Source: Elusimicrobia bacterium CG_4_9_14_3_um_filter_62_55 (GTDB lineage: Bacteria; Elusimicrobiota; Elusimicrobia; UBA1565). Taken from it: DNA of 64,000 nucleotides. Location of the stretch: assembly GCA_002790095.1 (NCBI GenBank), contig PFUL01000054.1, positions 9,510-73,509 of the forward strand. Direction: 5' to 3'. Both the position numbers and the translations under genes were made by a program. Numbering within the stretch: position 1 is the stretch's first letter; each line of letters opens with the position of its first letter. Positions 35,623 through 45,455 of the stretch are shown in pieces. A model generated the notes under the pieces. That model did no database searches, was not told the DNA's origin, and saw only the letters and a program-made list of their open reading frames with translations.

Positions 35623-36932
35623 AGGACTCCGGCCCGCCGCATGATTTGGGGGATCGAGCGGCCGTAATGCGAGAGATCAAATAAGCGTTCGAGTTCGGCC
35701 GCGCTGAGCTTGCGGCGCAGCGCAGGATCCGCGCCCAGCGTCGCCTGGAAGGATTTTCCCGTTTTCCAGGTTTCCATCGCGTTGCGCTGGACGATATCGT
35801 ACGCCTCCATGCGGCCGAGCCCCTTATCGATCAGTTCCAGCAGAACGCGCTGGCTGAACACCAACCCGTGTGAACGCTCCAGGTTTCGCTTCATGTTTTT
35901 CGGGTATACGTTCAGACCTTCGAGAACCCGCGCGAAACGGTGCAGCATGAAGTGAAGCAGGACCGTCGCATCCGGGAGCGTCACCCGCTCAACGGAGGAG
36001 TGGGTGATGTCGCGCTCGTGCCACAACGCGACGTTCTCGAGCATCGGCACGGTGAACCCGCGGATCACGCGGGCCAAGCCGCAGAGATTCTCGCACAGCA
36101 CGGGGTTTCTCTTGTGCGGCATCGCCGAGGAACCCTTCTGTCCGCTGCCGAACGGTTCTTCGGCTTCGAGGACTTCAGTACGCTGCAGATGGCGGATTTC
36201 GGTCGCAAAACGTTCGATCGCGGCCGCTGAAAGCGCGATGGCCTGAAATAAGTCCGCGTGGCGGTCCCGTGGAACGACCTGGGTTGAGACGGGCTCCGCC
36301 TTCAGACCGCAGGCCCGAAGCACCCGCGCTTCGAATGCCGGTGGAAAGTGCGCGCAGGTTCCGACCGCCCCGGAAAGATTGCCGTAAGCGATTTCGCGTC
36401 CGACGCGTTCAAGCCGGGTGATGTTGCGCAGCGCCTCGGCGTGCCAACCCGCCATCTTCAATCCGAACGGAATCGGCTCGGCGTGGACGCCGTGCGTACG
36501 CCCGACCATCCAGGTGTTCTGATGGCGCCGCGCGAGTTTCTTCAGCGCTTTCACGACCGGCTTCCAGGCCGCGATCAAAAGCGTGGTTGCGTCGACCAAC
36601 TGCATCGCGAGCGCCGTATCGAGGACGTCGGATGAGGTCAGCCCGAAATGCAGATACTGGACGACCTTCGGGGCCTTCCCCTTGAGCGCGTCGGAAACGA
36701 CTTGAAGCATCGCGACCACATCGTGGGCGCTCTTCTCCTCCTTCCTGCGAACCTTCTCCGCGAGAGGCCCGCCCTCGATGATCCGCCGCAATTCGGCCAC
36801 TTCACGGCGCGGAATCTTTCGAGACGGCGCGAGGGCCTCAAGCCACGCGAGTTCGACGATGAGCATCCGCTTAATGCGGGCCTCCGGCCCCCAAAGGGCC
36901 GCCATTTCCGGACGCGAGTAGCGCTCGATCAC
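35619..36932 (-). CDS. purB: adenylosuccinate lyase
   Basis: Fumarase/ASL signature GSSAMPHKRNP. N-terminus VIERYSRPEM aligns with the PurB start. GTG start at 36932 with GGGAGG 5 nt upstream. The ORF-track ATG at 36998 would add 22 unaligned residues. Confidence 0.9.
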   Translation of the reverse strand: MIERYSRPEMAALWGPEARIKRMLIVELAWLEALAPSRKIPRREVAELRRIIEGGPLAEKVRRKEEKSAHDVVAMLQVVSDALKGKAPKVVQYLHFGLTSSDVLDTALAMQLVDATTLLIAAWKPVVKALKKLARRHQNTWMVGRTHGVHAEPIPFGLKMAGWHAEALRNITRLERVGREIAYGNLSGAVGTCAHFPPAFEARVLRACGLKAEPVSTQVVPRDRHADLFQAIALSAAAIERFATEIRHLQRTEVLEAEEPFGSGQKGSSAMPHKRNPVLCENLCGLARVIRGFTVPMLENVALWHERDITHSSVERVTLPDATVLLHFMLHRFARVLEGLNVYPKNMKRNLERSHGLVFSQRVLLELIDKGLGRMEAYDIVQRNAMETWKTGKSFQATLGADPALRRKLSAAELERLFDLSHYGRSIPQIMRRAGVL

Positions 36933-37519
36933 GCGCGCCTCCCGATCCCGTTCTCGTAGGGGGTGGACAACGCGACCCGCCTGCGGCAGGCGTCGCACTG
37001 GTCCGGCGGGAAAACCGGGATCGGAAGAGTCACGAGCGCGCGCACCGGCACGCCGAGGGAGAGAGCCCCGGTTGAGCGGTCCACGACCGCGCCGACTCCC
37101 ATCACCTTCGCGCCGTGCTCGGCCGCGGTATGGATCAATTCTCCCGTGCTTCGTCCCGCCATCAGCACGTCCTCGATCACGAGAACCCGCTCGTTGCGCT
37201 GCAGACGAAAATGCGGTCGGAGCCCCATCACACCGCCGAGCCTCTCAAAGAAAATCGAACGGCACTTTCGTGCGTGAGCGACCTGCTGTCCGAGGACCAA
37301 GCCCCCCATCCCGGAAGAAACCACGACGTCGGCCTCACCGGGAAATTGGGCGCTCAGCGATTTCGCAAGCTTCTGCGCCAAGTTCGGAAACTGGAGAACC
37401 CTTTCCGGCTGAACGAATTTCGAGGTGTGCAATCCGGAGGGAAGCCGATAGTGACCTTCGAGAATCGCTCCGTGTTCCTGCAAAATTCCGACGACGTCGA
37501 GTTTAGGGATACGGCTCAT
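36929..37519 (-). CDS. pyrE: orotate phosphoribosyltransferase-like (type I PRTase)
   Basis: PRPP-binding motif VLVIEDVLMAGRS. Size and N-terminus are consistent with PyrE-type PRTases. Confidence 0.7.
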   Translation of the reverse strand: MSRIPKLDVVGILQEHGAILEGHYRLPSGLHTSKFVQPERVLQFPNLAQKLAKSLSAQFPGEADVVVSSGMGGLVLGQQVAHARKCRSIFFERLGGVMGLRPHFRLQRNERVLVIEDVLMAGRSTGELIHTAAEHGAKVMGVGAVVDRSTGALSLGVPVRALVTLPIPVFPPDQCDACRRRVALSTPYENGIGRRA

Positions 37520-39864
37520 GGGGTCCTCCCGCAGGTAAGGTAGTCTTCAATCGACGGCATCGGCGACACGCGCTGTATTCCGGCCGCCAGCGCGTTTTCA
37601 ATATCGTTGTTCTTGATCCGGCGGAGGTTGAAGTTCACCGTGGGACTATTGAGATCATTGACGAGATCGACGTCGATGGACGGACGGCCTTTGTCGTCGG
37701 TCAGTTTCGCGGCCAAATTTTTAGACACTTGAGGGAGCCGAAGCAGCACATGGAGGTCCGTCTTTTCCTTGGGGAAATCGACCTTCCCGTCGGAGTAGGA
37801 AACGAATTGCGAGCTGTCGAAGTGAACAAAATTCACATCGACGAGCCCCCGCTGCGCCTCGAATTCACCGTAGGCCTTCGTAAAGGACATCGATTTCGGA
37901 AGCGCCGTATCCAGAGAGAACCTTCCTATCGCGGCAAGCCGGTGCATTTCGACGTAGGGAATCAGCAGCAGGTCCACCAGTGGGTGCCCTTTGCGCATCT
38001 CGGGAATATTCTGCATCCGGCCCGGACCGAAACTCATCCGGAACCGCCCGTTGATCTTTTCCAATCCCTGCGCGATGTCGCGCAGATTCCAGATCAGTTT
38101 AAAGTTATCGGTGGTGAAGTTGGGGCTATGCGCCTCATGCCAGGCAAGTCGTCCGAACATGTCGGGAAATCTCGGCGGAATCGCGTCCTTGAGCACCGTG
38201 GCCCAACGCCGGTCAGTCGCGTGCGGAAGCCCCTTTTCCTGCCGCCGCAGCACGATCAGGTTCTCGATCGCCGCATAGGCTTCGTCGATGCGCAGCGTGT
38301 CGACTTCCCCATCGACATAAACGGCGCTGGGATGACGAACATTCTTGATGCACCCCTTCAAATCGATTTTGCTCTCGTTCCAGACCAATTTCAGTTTAGG
38401 GACGATCATATTCCCGTTTTTCACCGAAAACGCCAGGTCGATGTCGGACAGCGCATTGCCGTAGGCGATCCAACTCCCGCGCGGAGCGCGGAGTTCCCAG
38501 TCCTTGAAGCCGTCGCGGGAGCGGAAGTCGACGTCCGCGTTCGTCACGCGCTTTCCGTTCCAAAAGACGAGCGAAAAATCACGCAGTTGCAGCGCCGCCC
38601 GCTGAAGGCTGGGTCGGTTCCAGGGCCCCTGAAGGCTCAGCGTTCCCGTGACCTTTCCCTCGGGAGCGTTCTCCTTCCACGGCGCATAGAGTTCTGCAAC
38701 TCGGGAGAGATCCGTCCCTGCGAACCGAAGTGTCGAAAACAGATTTCCGTCGGAGATCCGGTAGCGGCCCCAGGCCCCGATTCTCAGGCCGTCGGTCTGC
38801 ATCGACAAATGGGGGATATGGTAGGCGACGATTTTCGCCGCGGCGGTGGAGGCCTCCGCTTCGTCGCCGAGAGACACGGCCTCCGCCGACGTGACGATCG
38901 GGCGCAGACGAGCCTCCCAAAGACTCGCCGGGAGGTCCACCCATGAGGGCGTCGGCTCATACCGCCCCAGGTCGGCGGCGGTCAGAGGCGGGAGTTCCAG
39001 CTTCAGGTCCACCTCGGGCGCCGTCATGTTCCGCAGTTCCCCCGACGCGCGCATGGTCTTTCCATCGAGAGTGATCGTCAACGATTGAGCCTCGATGGAC
39101 GCCCCTTCCGGATGGAATCCGGCGAGATCGATGCGTCCTTCGAAATCGAAACTCGCCCGAACGGTCTTCTTTACGATCTTGCTCGTATTGACGAAGGACA
39201 TCCTCACGTCAAACGCGTCTTCCAGGTTGAAGTCGTCTGCGGAGAAGGCGAACTCGGAGAACTGCAGATTGAGCTTACGGGGGATGTCGCGCACGCGCAA
39301 ACTTCCGTTCTCCACCGCGATCGTCCGCGCCGCGGAAAGAGGCGGAAGCGCGAAGCGTCCTCCGGTTCTCTCGGAGTGCTGGCGGGTCAGAACCTCCTCG
39401 ATGTTCCAAATGCCGTCTCCCCTGCGGACAAGCTGGATCTCGGGACGGACCAGCCGCACCGCGCTCAACTCGAGGCGGCCGCGCAGCAGCGCCGACGGCT
39501 TGAATTTCACGAGCAGGAATTCGCTCGAAAGAAACTTCTTGCCCGGGAACTCATCGGACTCCGCGACCTCAAGGCCTTCGACCTTGATCCCTTGATGCAG
39601 CAGCAAGGTCACGTGTTTGATGGTCACGGGCCGATGGAAGGTTCCCTCCAACGCCGTAATGATGCGGGCGCGGAGCATCTCGGGCGTGACCCAGAAACGG
39701 ATCGCCCCGAAGAGCGCGAGCGCGATCAACGCGAACGCCAAAACCAGCGCGGCGAGCCCGCGGCCGATCGAAATGACGATGCCGCGCCATAGGGCGATGC
39801 GGCGCCGGGACGCACGCGGGTAGCCCTTTCGGCTCGATTGAGCCGGGGGTTTTTTCTTGTTCAC
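37516..39864 (-). CDS. AsmA-family protein (N-terminal TM anchor, large periplasmic domain)
   Basis: 782 aa. N-terminal TM (LAALVLAFALIALALFGAI) and AsmA/DUF3971-like repetitive beta-rich region. 4-nt overlap with pyrE. Confidence 0.7.
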   Translation of the reverse strand: MNKKKPPAQSSRKGYPRASRRRIALWRGIVISIGRGLAALVLAFALIALALFGAIRFWVTPEMLRARIITALEGTFHRPVTIKHVTLLLHQGIKVEGLEVAESDEFPGKKFLSSEFLLVKFKPSALLRGRLELSAVRLVRPEIQLVRRGDGIWNIEEVLTRQHSERTGGRFALPPLSAARTIAVENGSLRVRDIPRKLNLQFSEFAFSADDFNLEDAFDVRMSFVNTSKIVKKTVRASFDFEGRIDLAGFHPEGASIEAQSLTITLDGKTMRASGELRNMTAPEVDLKLELPPLTAADLGRYEPTPSWVDLPASLWEARLRPIVTSAEAVSLGDEAEASTAAAKIVAYHIPHLSMQTDGLRIGAWGRYRISDGNLFSTLRFAGTDLSRVAELYAPWKENAPEGKVTGTLSLQGPWNRPSLQRAALQLRDFSLVFWNGKRVTNADVDFRSRDGFKDWELRAPRGSWIAYGNALSDIDLAFSVKNGNMIVPKLKLVWNESKIDLKGCIKNVRHPSAVYVDGEVDTLRIDEAYAAIENLIVLRRQEKGLPHATDRRWATVLKDAIPPRFPDMFGRLAWHEAHSPNFTTDNFKLIWNLRDIAQGLEKINGRFRMSFGPGRMQNIPEMRKGHPLVDLLLIPYVEMHRLAAIGRFSLDTALPKSMSFTKAYGEFEAQRGLVDVNFVHFDSSQFVSYSDGKVDFPKEKTDLHVLLRLPQVSKNLAAKLTDDKGRPSIDVDLVNDLNSPTVNFNLRRIKNNDIENALAAGIQRVSPMPSIEDYLTCGRTP

Positions 39865-39917
39865 ACGGGACTATTCTAACCTATTGTCCCCGTACGCGCG
39901 CACGCGTACCTCATAGG

Positions 39918-40505
39918 CTAAACGAAAAATCGAACGACGGCTGCGGAGAGAAGCGGAATCCAAAAATTATCGTCGATCGGGAGCGGGAGCAGTTCGAGGA
40001 CGGTCGCGGCGGCGGCCCCGACGAAGAGCGCCGACGGTGGAAGACCTGCAGCCCATCCGGAAACCCCACAGGCCGCGAAACAGGCGGTCGAGCCCTGGAC
40101 GCTCTTTTTGCCCCCGAACCACGGCCATTTCCAAGTTCCCCACGCGCGTCCGGCCAAGGCGGCGACCCCGTCGCCAAAGGCGAGATACGCGATAGCTGCG
40201 CACACCACCGGCGGACGTTCCCCGAACAACGCGATCGTGCCGAGACATCCGAGGGTGGTCCAGAAGATTCCGCTGATCCGACCGATTTCACTTTCCCGGT
40301 GAATGCCCCCGAACGATTTCATGAGCAGGGCATTCAATTCGGGCCGCCGCAACCGGAAGAATTCAACCGCGCCTTCAATCGGAATCCAAGCGCAAAGCAC
40401 GGCGGCCGAGGGCCAGCGTCCCCAACGGAGATAAATTCCGAGATAGACGAGGCTGAGGCAGTGGAACGTCTTGCGCTTGAATTCCTTATTAAGTTCCGGG
40501 TTCAT
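39918..40505 (-). CDS. polyprenol/dolichol kinase - CDP-alcohol cytidylyltransferase superfamily membrane protein
   Basis: Start taken at internal Met (MNPELNKEFKRKTFHCL...). Motif AYLAFGDGVAALAGRAWG and multiple TM helices. The 154-aa Arg-rich extension of ORF 39918..40967 overlaps the upstream gene and is rejected. Confidence 0.55.
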   Translation of the reverse strand: MNPELNKEFKRKTFHCLSLVYLGIYLRWGRWPSAAVLCAWIPIEGAVEFFRLRRPELNALLMKSFGGIHRESEIGRISGIFWTTLGCLGTIALFGERPPVVCAAIAYLAFGDGVAALAGRAWGTWKWPWFGGKKSVQGSTACFAACGVSGWAAGLPPSALFVGAAAATVLELLPLPIDDNFWIPLLSAAVVRFFV

Positions 40506-41203
40506 CCCGTCACCGCGCGCACGGCGTCCGCGGCTCCGCCGGCCAAGGCGCCCCAGAATCCCCGCGTGACCGCGGCGACCCAGCGCGCGCTGTCCGAGAG
40601 AGAAACGGCCCGGGGGAACAAACACTTCAACGCGACCAGCAGCACGAGGGCGTTGAGCAGCGCGATCAGAGACAACGACAGAGCGACCCCCAAATGGTCG
40701 AGATCGGTCTGATGCGCCGACCCCAGCGCGCGCGCCGTGTGGCAAAAGTGAAAGGCGAGCGCCGCGCCCATCGCGGCGAGAAACGCCTGCTGGGCCTGAG
40801 GCCACGCGACGCTCCAGGAGACGATCCGGTACAAGCCGACGACGAGCAAAGCGTACAACGGAATCCAATACGGCGCGAGCGCGATAAACGCGTTCATGCG
40901 GGAAAGATCGACGTGCCCGCTGTCGGCCTTGATCACGAAGGAAAACACTTTTGCGCCGTGCAGCCACGCGGCCGCCGCGTGCGTGAATTCATGGGCGAAT
41001 ACGTACGCCCTTTCCCCGCGAACGAGTCCAGCGGCGTGAAGCACCGCCACGACGGCGAAACCGCCCGAAAACGACGAGCCTGATGAAGCGAAGGTGAACA
41101 GGGTATGCGCGGCGGCGAGCGTCGCCGCCGCCGCTGTCGGAACGAAAGCCAATCCAAGCGCGGTCAGCGCCGGAGATCGTCTCGTCCCTCGCTTGGAACT
41201 CAC
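40502..41203 (-). CDS. integral membrane HExxH zinc metallopeptidase-like protein
   Basis: HEFTHAAAAWLHG within polytopic membrane context (M50/DUF3267-like). No further assignment possible. Confidence 0.45.
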   Translation of the reverse strand: MSSKRGTRRSPALTALGLAFVPTAAAATLAAAHTLFTFASSGSSFSGGFAVVAVLHAAGLVRGERAYVFAHEFTHAAAAWLHGAKVFSFVIKADSGHVDLSRMNAFIALAPYWIPLYALLVVGLYRIVSWSVAWPQAQQAFLAAMGAALAFHFCHTARALGSAHQTDLDHLGVALSLSLIALLNALVLLVALKCLFPRAVSLSDSARWVAAVTRGFWGALAGGAADAVRAVTG

Positions 41204-41670
41204 TCCAGCATGTACTCTTCGTAAGGGATTTTAGCCGCGTCGAGCTCGGCCTTCCAGAGGGCCTTGGTCGTCTTCATCTTCTCGCGCGACAAGCGCACCC
41301 ACTTGCTTTCCGGCGGGGAGAATAAATCCACCGCGGTCTTGTACCAATGATAGGCGTATTTCAAAGAGCTTTCCGCGACGGATTCATCGCGACGGAATTC
41401 CTCGAGCGCGACGCGCTGCCGGTATTCCGTCTCGTCCATCCGTCCTGCCGCCTTCTCGGCGTCGAGTTCAGCCACGGAGCGTTCGAAAATTTTCTGAAAA
41501 TGCGCCTTCTTCCGGGAGGGATCGACGTTCCAGGATAGATATTTCTCTCCCTCCAGGTAGGCGGTGCGGGCCCGCAGGAGCAGATCCGCGTAAACGGCGG
41601 TGAAAACGAAGAGCGTCCCGAGCGCTGCGAAAGAAAGCCAGCGTTTCCAGGCCGGCATGGGCACTACCAA
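41200..41670 (-). CDS. membrane-anchored hypothetical protein
   Basis: N-terminal TM (WLSFAALGTLFVFTAVYADLLL), charged helical remainder. ATGA-type overlaps on both sides. Confidence 0.5.
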   Translation of the reverse strand: MVVPMPAWKRWLSFAALGTLFVFTAVYADLLLRARTAYLEGEKYLSWNVDPSRKKAHFQKIFERSVAELDAEKAAGRMDETEYRQRVALEEFRRDESVAESSLKYAYHWYKTAVDLFSPPESKWVRLSREKMKTTKALWKAELDAAKIPYEEYMLE

Positions 41671-42122
41671 GAACTGGAGAGACCGCCGCGCGACTGGCCG
41701 AACCCGCCGGGCGCCGGGGGCTTGGTGCCGAGCAGTTTATGCAGCCGTCCGGTGAGGACGGCGGGTTTGATCGGCTTCTCTATGTACTCGCGAACGTTCG
41801 TTTCCTGAAGAATCATATCGATCGTCGCTTGATCGATTTTGCGGCCGGTGATCACGATAATCGGGACGGAGCGGGCGTCCCCCATTTGCAATTCCTTCGC
41901 GACCTCGAATCCGCCCATTCCCGGAAGCATGAAGTCGAGCACGATCGCGTCGGGAGCCGAGGCCTCGACCTTGCGGATGGCCTCTTGGCCGTCCGTCGCC
42001 CGTTCCACGCGAAAGCCGTCCTTCTTGACGACGTGTTCGAGCAAATCGAGGATGCTCTCGTCGTCGTCGACGATCAGGACGAGCTTATCCTTCGGTTCCG
42101 CACTTCCAGGTACCGGTTCCAC
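41664..42122 (-). CDS. stand-alone response regulator receiver (CheY-like)
   Basis: LIVDDDESILD acidic pocket, phospho-acceptor Asp in AIVLDFMLPGMGG, conserved T and K (VITGR...EKPIKP). Confidence 0.8.
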   Translation of the reverse strand: MEPVPGSAEPKDKLVLIVDDDESILDLLEHVVKKDGFRVERATDGQEAIRKVEASAPDAIVLDFMLPGMGGFEVAKELQMGDARSVPIIVITGRKIDQATIDMILQETNVREYIEKPIKPAVLTGRLHKLLGTKPPAPGGFGQSRGGLSSSW

Positions 42123-42165
42123 AGTTCCTTACGGTACAAAATACCGGCGGGACTCTTCAATCAAA

Positions 42166-42396
42166 CTAGAGATTCGTCGTCACGAGGGTTTCCGTGGTCT
42201 GCACTCCGTGAATGGCGCGGATTTCCCGAACGATCAACCCGCTGAGCTTGTCGATCGTGTCGGCCTCGGCCTGAAGCACCGCATCCCAGGAGCCGAACGT
42301 GAGAAAAACGTCGGTGATCCCTTGGATCTGGCGCACCTGGTTCATCGCCTTTTGCTCGAGTCCGGCGATCAGCTTGCATAATACGAACGCTTTCAT
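42166..42396 (-). CDS. stand-alone AsnC/Lrp-type ligand-binding (RAM) domain protein
   Basis: 76 aa. VFLTFGSWDAVLQAEADTIDKLSGLIVREIRAIHGV fits the AsnC_trans_reg C-terminal domain. No HTH present. Confidence 0.55.
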   Translation of the reverse strand: MKAFVLCKLIAGLEQKAMNQVRQIQGITDVFLTFGSWDAVLQAEADTIDKLSGLIVREIRAIHGVQTTETLVTTNL

Positions 42397-42398
42397 GT

Positions 42399-43115
42399 TT
42401 ACCTCCGTTTGTTCCAGCGGTCGACCGCGTACTTAGTTTGTCTCAAACGCTCCGCCGCCGCAAGCGCTTGGGGCGAGATCGGGCGCGGCACGAACAGCAG
42501 TCTCCATTGAAGAGAGATCCCCTCGACGATCGCCTCCCGCAGAACGAGGGGCTCGGCGCCGAAGGCCTCCGGACGCAGCGAACCCTGATAGAGACCGGTC
42601 TCTCCGCGCCTGCGCAGCGCGCCGCCGAGGACCTTGCCTCCGCCGGGCAGCACGAGATCCTTGGGTTCGGGTCCGGAGAAGCATTCGGCCCTGAGACCCG
42701 GCAATTCTTCGAGCGCGCTCGGCGGAGCCCAGAGGCGGGTTTCAAAGCCGCGACTCTTAAGCCCCAAATGCGCGGCGAGATGCAGATTCTTGTAGACCAC
42801 GCCCGGAGAGGTGAGCCGGGACCATGGAAAGACGAACGAAAAAGTCAGATCGACGTCGTGGTAGACGATCCCGCCGCCGGTCGCCCGCCGGACGCGCGCC
42901 GATGCGGCGGGAGCTCCCCGATTCAAGGCCGCGGCCTCGACCTCGTCGTACGCCATCGAGACGCCGAACGTGATCGGCCAATCGCCGCGCGTGCGGCGCC
43001 AACGGAAAAAGCGAAGGATGCAGGTCGCGGGATCGGCGCCGTCGAGAACGGCCTCATCAAGCGCCATCTGCGCGGGCGCGTCGAGATCGGGACTCTCGAG
43101 CAGGACCGCGTTCAC
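42399..43115 (-). CDS. lipoate-protein ligase / octanoyltransferase family protein (BPL_LplA_LipB)
   Basis: Central GGGIVYHDVDLTFSF and KVLGGALRRR motifs of the biotin/lipoate protein ligase fold. Adjacent to gcvH, its likely substrate. Confidence 0.7.
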   Translation of the reverse strand: MNAVLLESPDLDAPAQMALDEAVLDGADPATCILRFFRWRRTRGDWPITFGVSMAYDEVEAAALNRGAPAASARVRRATGGGIVYHDVDLTFSFVFPWSRLTSPGVVYKNLHLAAHLGLKSRGFETRLWAPPSALEELPGLRAECFSGPEPKDLVLPGGGKVLGGALRRRGETGLYQGSLRPEAFGAEPLVLREAIVEGISLQWRLLFVPRPISPQALAAAERLRQTKYAVDRWNKRR

Positions 43116-43131
43116 AACGGGGGCTCCGGGC

Positions 43132-43527
43132 TCAGGAAGCCGGGGCTTCCGACTTAAGGAAAGCCTCGTAGGCCTCGGAGTCCATCAACGCGTCAAGCTC
43201 TCCCGGGTTTCCCGGTTTGACGCGGAAGAACCAGCCGTCGTCGTGAGGAGAAGAATTCACGAGACCGGGATTCTGCAGAACCGCGTCGTTGACGGCGACC
43301 ACTTCACCGGAAACCGGGGCGTAAATATCGAACGCCGCCTTAACCGATTCGACCACAGCGACGGCCTCTCCTTGGGAAATCGTCCGGCCGGCCTTCGGGA
43401 GATCGACGAACACCACATCGGTGATCTCATGCTGAGCGTGGTCCGAGACGCCGACGACGACCTCGTCGCCGTCGAGCGCGGCCCACTCGTGGGATTTCAT
43501 GTAGCGCGATGACTTCGGATCGGGCAT
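43132..43527 (-). CDS. gcvH: glycine cleavage system H protein
   Basis: Lipoyl-lysine context VESVKAAFDIYAPVSGEVVAVN. 131 aa. Confidence 0.9.
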   Translation of the reverse strand: MPDPKSSRYMKSHEWAALDGDEVVVGVSDHAQHEITDVVFVDLPKAGRTISQGEAVAVVESVKAAFDIYAPVSGEVVAVNDAVLQNPGLVNSSPHDDGWFFRVKPGNPGELDALMDSEAYEAFLKSEAPAS

Positions 43528-43539
43528 GGGGGGTTCCTC

Positions 43540-44640
43540 TTAAGTGCGTTTATAAAAAGGGCCTTCAACGACCTCGGCGGCGACCGCGCGCCCGTGCAAA
43601 GTCACGCTCAAGGGCGTCCCCGCCGGGAGTTCGGGACGGTTCAAATAGCCGACGCCGATGCCGGCCTGCAGCGTCGGAGAAAAGGTTGCGCTCGCCAGCG
43701 TACCGATCTTCTCGCCTTCAAAAACGACCTCGGACCCCGAGCGCGGTACACCGCGTTCCAAGAGCTTCAACGGGGTGAGACGACGCCGGATTCCTTCGGT
43801 CTTCTGCTTCTCGAGCGCCGCCTTGCCGATAAACTCGCCCTTCTTGAGCTTGACCACCCATCCGTATCCCGCCTCGTACGGCGTATGTTCTCCGTCGATG
43901 TCGGAACCATAAAGCAGGTAGCCCGCCTCCAATCGGAGGGTATCCCGAGCGCCGAGTCCGCAGGGAAGGAGCCCGAACGACGCGCCGCGCGCCTGAAGCG
44001 TCTGCCAAGCGCGGGTCGCGAGTTCCCGGGCGCAGATCACTTCGAATCCGTCTTCCCCCGTATAGCCGGTGCGCGTGATCCAGGCGCTTCGGCCGAAAAG
44101 TTCGAGCTTCATCGCGCCGAAACGGGGCAAAGCGACGGCATCGGTTGAGAGGGCTTCCATGATCTTCTCAGAGAGGGGACCTTGCAGCGCGATCATGCCA
44201 AGCGCCTCGCTGCGGTCTTCGACGGCGACGTCGAACCCTTCGGCCGCGCGGCGAATCCAGGCCGCGTCGCCTTCACGCGTTGCGGCGTTGACGACGACCA
44301 GGTAGCGGTTTTCCGCAAGCCGCGAGACGATGACGTCGTCGACCACGCCCCCGTTCTCGTTGAGCATGTGCGAATACAAACCGCGGCCGTCCTGGAGCCG
44401 CGAAATGTCGTTGGAATTAACGCGCTGCAGAAGCGCAAGCGCTCCCGGGCCCTCCACGAATACCTGCCCCATGTGGCTGACGTCGAACAGGCCCGCGGCG
44501 CTGCGCACGGCGCGGTGTTCGGTGATAATGCTGGAGAATTGAACCGGAAGCTCCCAGCCGTGAAAGGACACCATACGCCCCCCGAGCTCGGTATGCAGGG
44601 CGTGGAGCGAGGTCCTTTGAAGTGATTCTATGGTGGTCAT
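43540..44640 (-). CDS. gcvT: glycine cleavage system T protein (aminomethyltransferase)
   Basis: TPLHALHTELGGRMV-type N-terminus, GLFDVSHMG, YTGEDGFE. Start at Met 44640 (MTTIESL). Confidence 0.9.
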   Translation of the reverse strand: MTTIESLQRTSLHALHTELGGRMVSFHGWELPVQFSSIITEHRAVRSAAGLFDVSHMGQVFVEGPGALALLQRVNSNDISRLQDGRGLYSHMLNENGGVVDDVIVSRLAENRYLVVVNAATREGDAAWIRRAAEGFDVAVEDRSEALGMIALQGPLSEKIMEALSTDAVALPRFGAMKLELFGRSAWITRTGYTGEDGFEVICARELATRAWQTLQARGASFGLLPCGLGARDTLRLEAGYLLYGSDIDGEHTPYEAGYGWVVKLKKGEFIGKAALEKQKTEGIRRRLTPLKLLERGVPRSGSEVVFEGEKIGTLASATFSPTLQAGIGVGYLNRPELPAGTPLSVTLHGRAVAAEVVEGPFYKRT

Positions 44641-44714
44641 ACGCGTTATAGCGATACCATACAACAAACGACGGTTTCCCGTACATCCTATTGTAATACA
44701 CGGGAGGCATCCTT

Positions 44715-45455
44715 ATGATTAGGACGACGATGCGCTATTGGACCCTTTCCCCGGAAGGAAGCGTCTCGGGCCCGTTCGATCCAAGCCAAATCGCAGGGAT
44801 CGACGGCTTCGGCGCCGAAACCCGCGTCTGCCCCGAACGCTTCTATGGAAGCGGGGATCACGCCTGGCTGCGCGCCGGATTCATCTCGGAATTGCGGGCG
44901 ATGCTGCCGCCGGCCGAGCGCCTGCTCCCCCCCGATCCTTCCCAAGCTGAGGTCCGTCTGCTCGGCTCCCTGGAAGAACGGGTGGCGGAACTTGAAGAAC
45001 TGCTTCTGGACTCTTTGGATCGTTTGCGCGAACGCGGACGCGCAGTGAAGGCGCTCGAAGCCGAAAACCTGGAACGGGGAAAAGACGTCCTGCGGCTTCG
45101 GACCGCTCTGAAAAAAATCTCTCTGCGGGTCGGAGCGCTCGGAAGTCTCGAGGCCAAGCTCCTCAAAATGAGCGCGCTGCTCGATACCCGAGAAGAGATT
45201 ATCGGCGCGGTGCGGCAAACCTTCGAAGCGGGCTTAGAAACCGCCGCACGCACGGCCGCGGAAACGGCGGCGGAAGCCCATCAGGTGATCCGCGAGGCGG
45301 AGCGCATCGCCGAGGCGGCCGTCGCCCACGCGGAGAAGGCCGAGGGAAGGGCGAAGCTTGCTCCGGTTCGTAAGGAGCGGCGAGGGAAGCGGCGGCGGAA
45401 GAGACGAAGAACGGAGAAATCGAGGGAGGATTTGTTCGAACCTCCCGCCGGTTGA
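44715..45455 (+). CDS. DUF4339 (GYF-like) domain protein with coiled-coil and poly-Arg/Lys C-terminus
   Basis: N-terminus RYWTLSPEGSVSGPFDPSQI...HAWLRAGFISEL resembles DUF4339. Central heptad region, C-terminal KERRGKRRRKRRRTEKS. Confidence 0.5.
   Translation: MIRTTMRYWTLSPEGSVSGPFDPSQIAGIDGFGAETRVCPERFYGSGDHAWLRAGFISELRAMLPPAERLLPPDPSQAEVRLLGSLEERVAELEELLLDSLDRLRERGRAVKALEAENLERGKDVLRLRTALKKISLRVGALGSLEAKLLKMSALLDTREEIIGAVRQTFEAGLETAARTAAETAAEAHQVIREAERIAEAAVAHAEKAEGRAKLAPVRKERRGKRRRKRRRTEKSREDLFEPPAG

Noticed and set aside
40506-40967. 154-aa Arg/Gly-rich N-terminal extension of ORF 39918..40967
   Set aside because: Low-complexity, overlaps the upstream HExxH membrane gene in another frame. 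The recognisable membrane-enzyme sequence begins at internal Met 40505, giving a clean 4-nt overlap.
44641-44714. Looked for a glycine riboswitch upstream of gcvT (minus strand)
   Set aside because: Only 47-74 nt separate the gcvT start from the divergent DUF4339 gene start. That is far too short for a single or tandem glycine aptamer (100-200 nt). No conserved aptamer core is visible.
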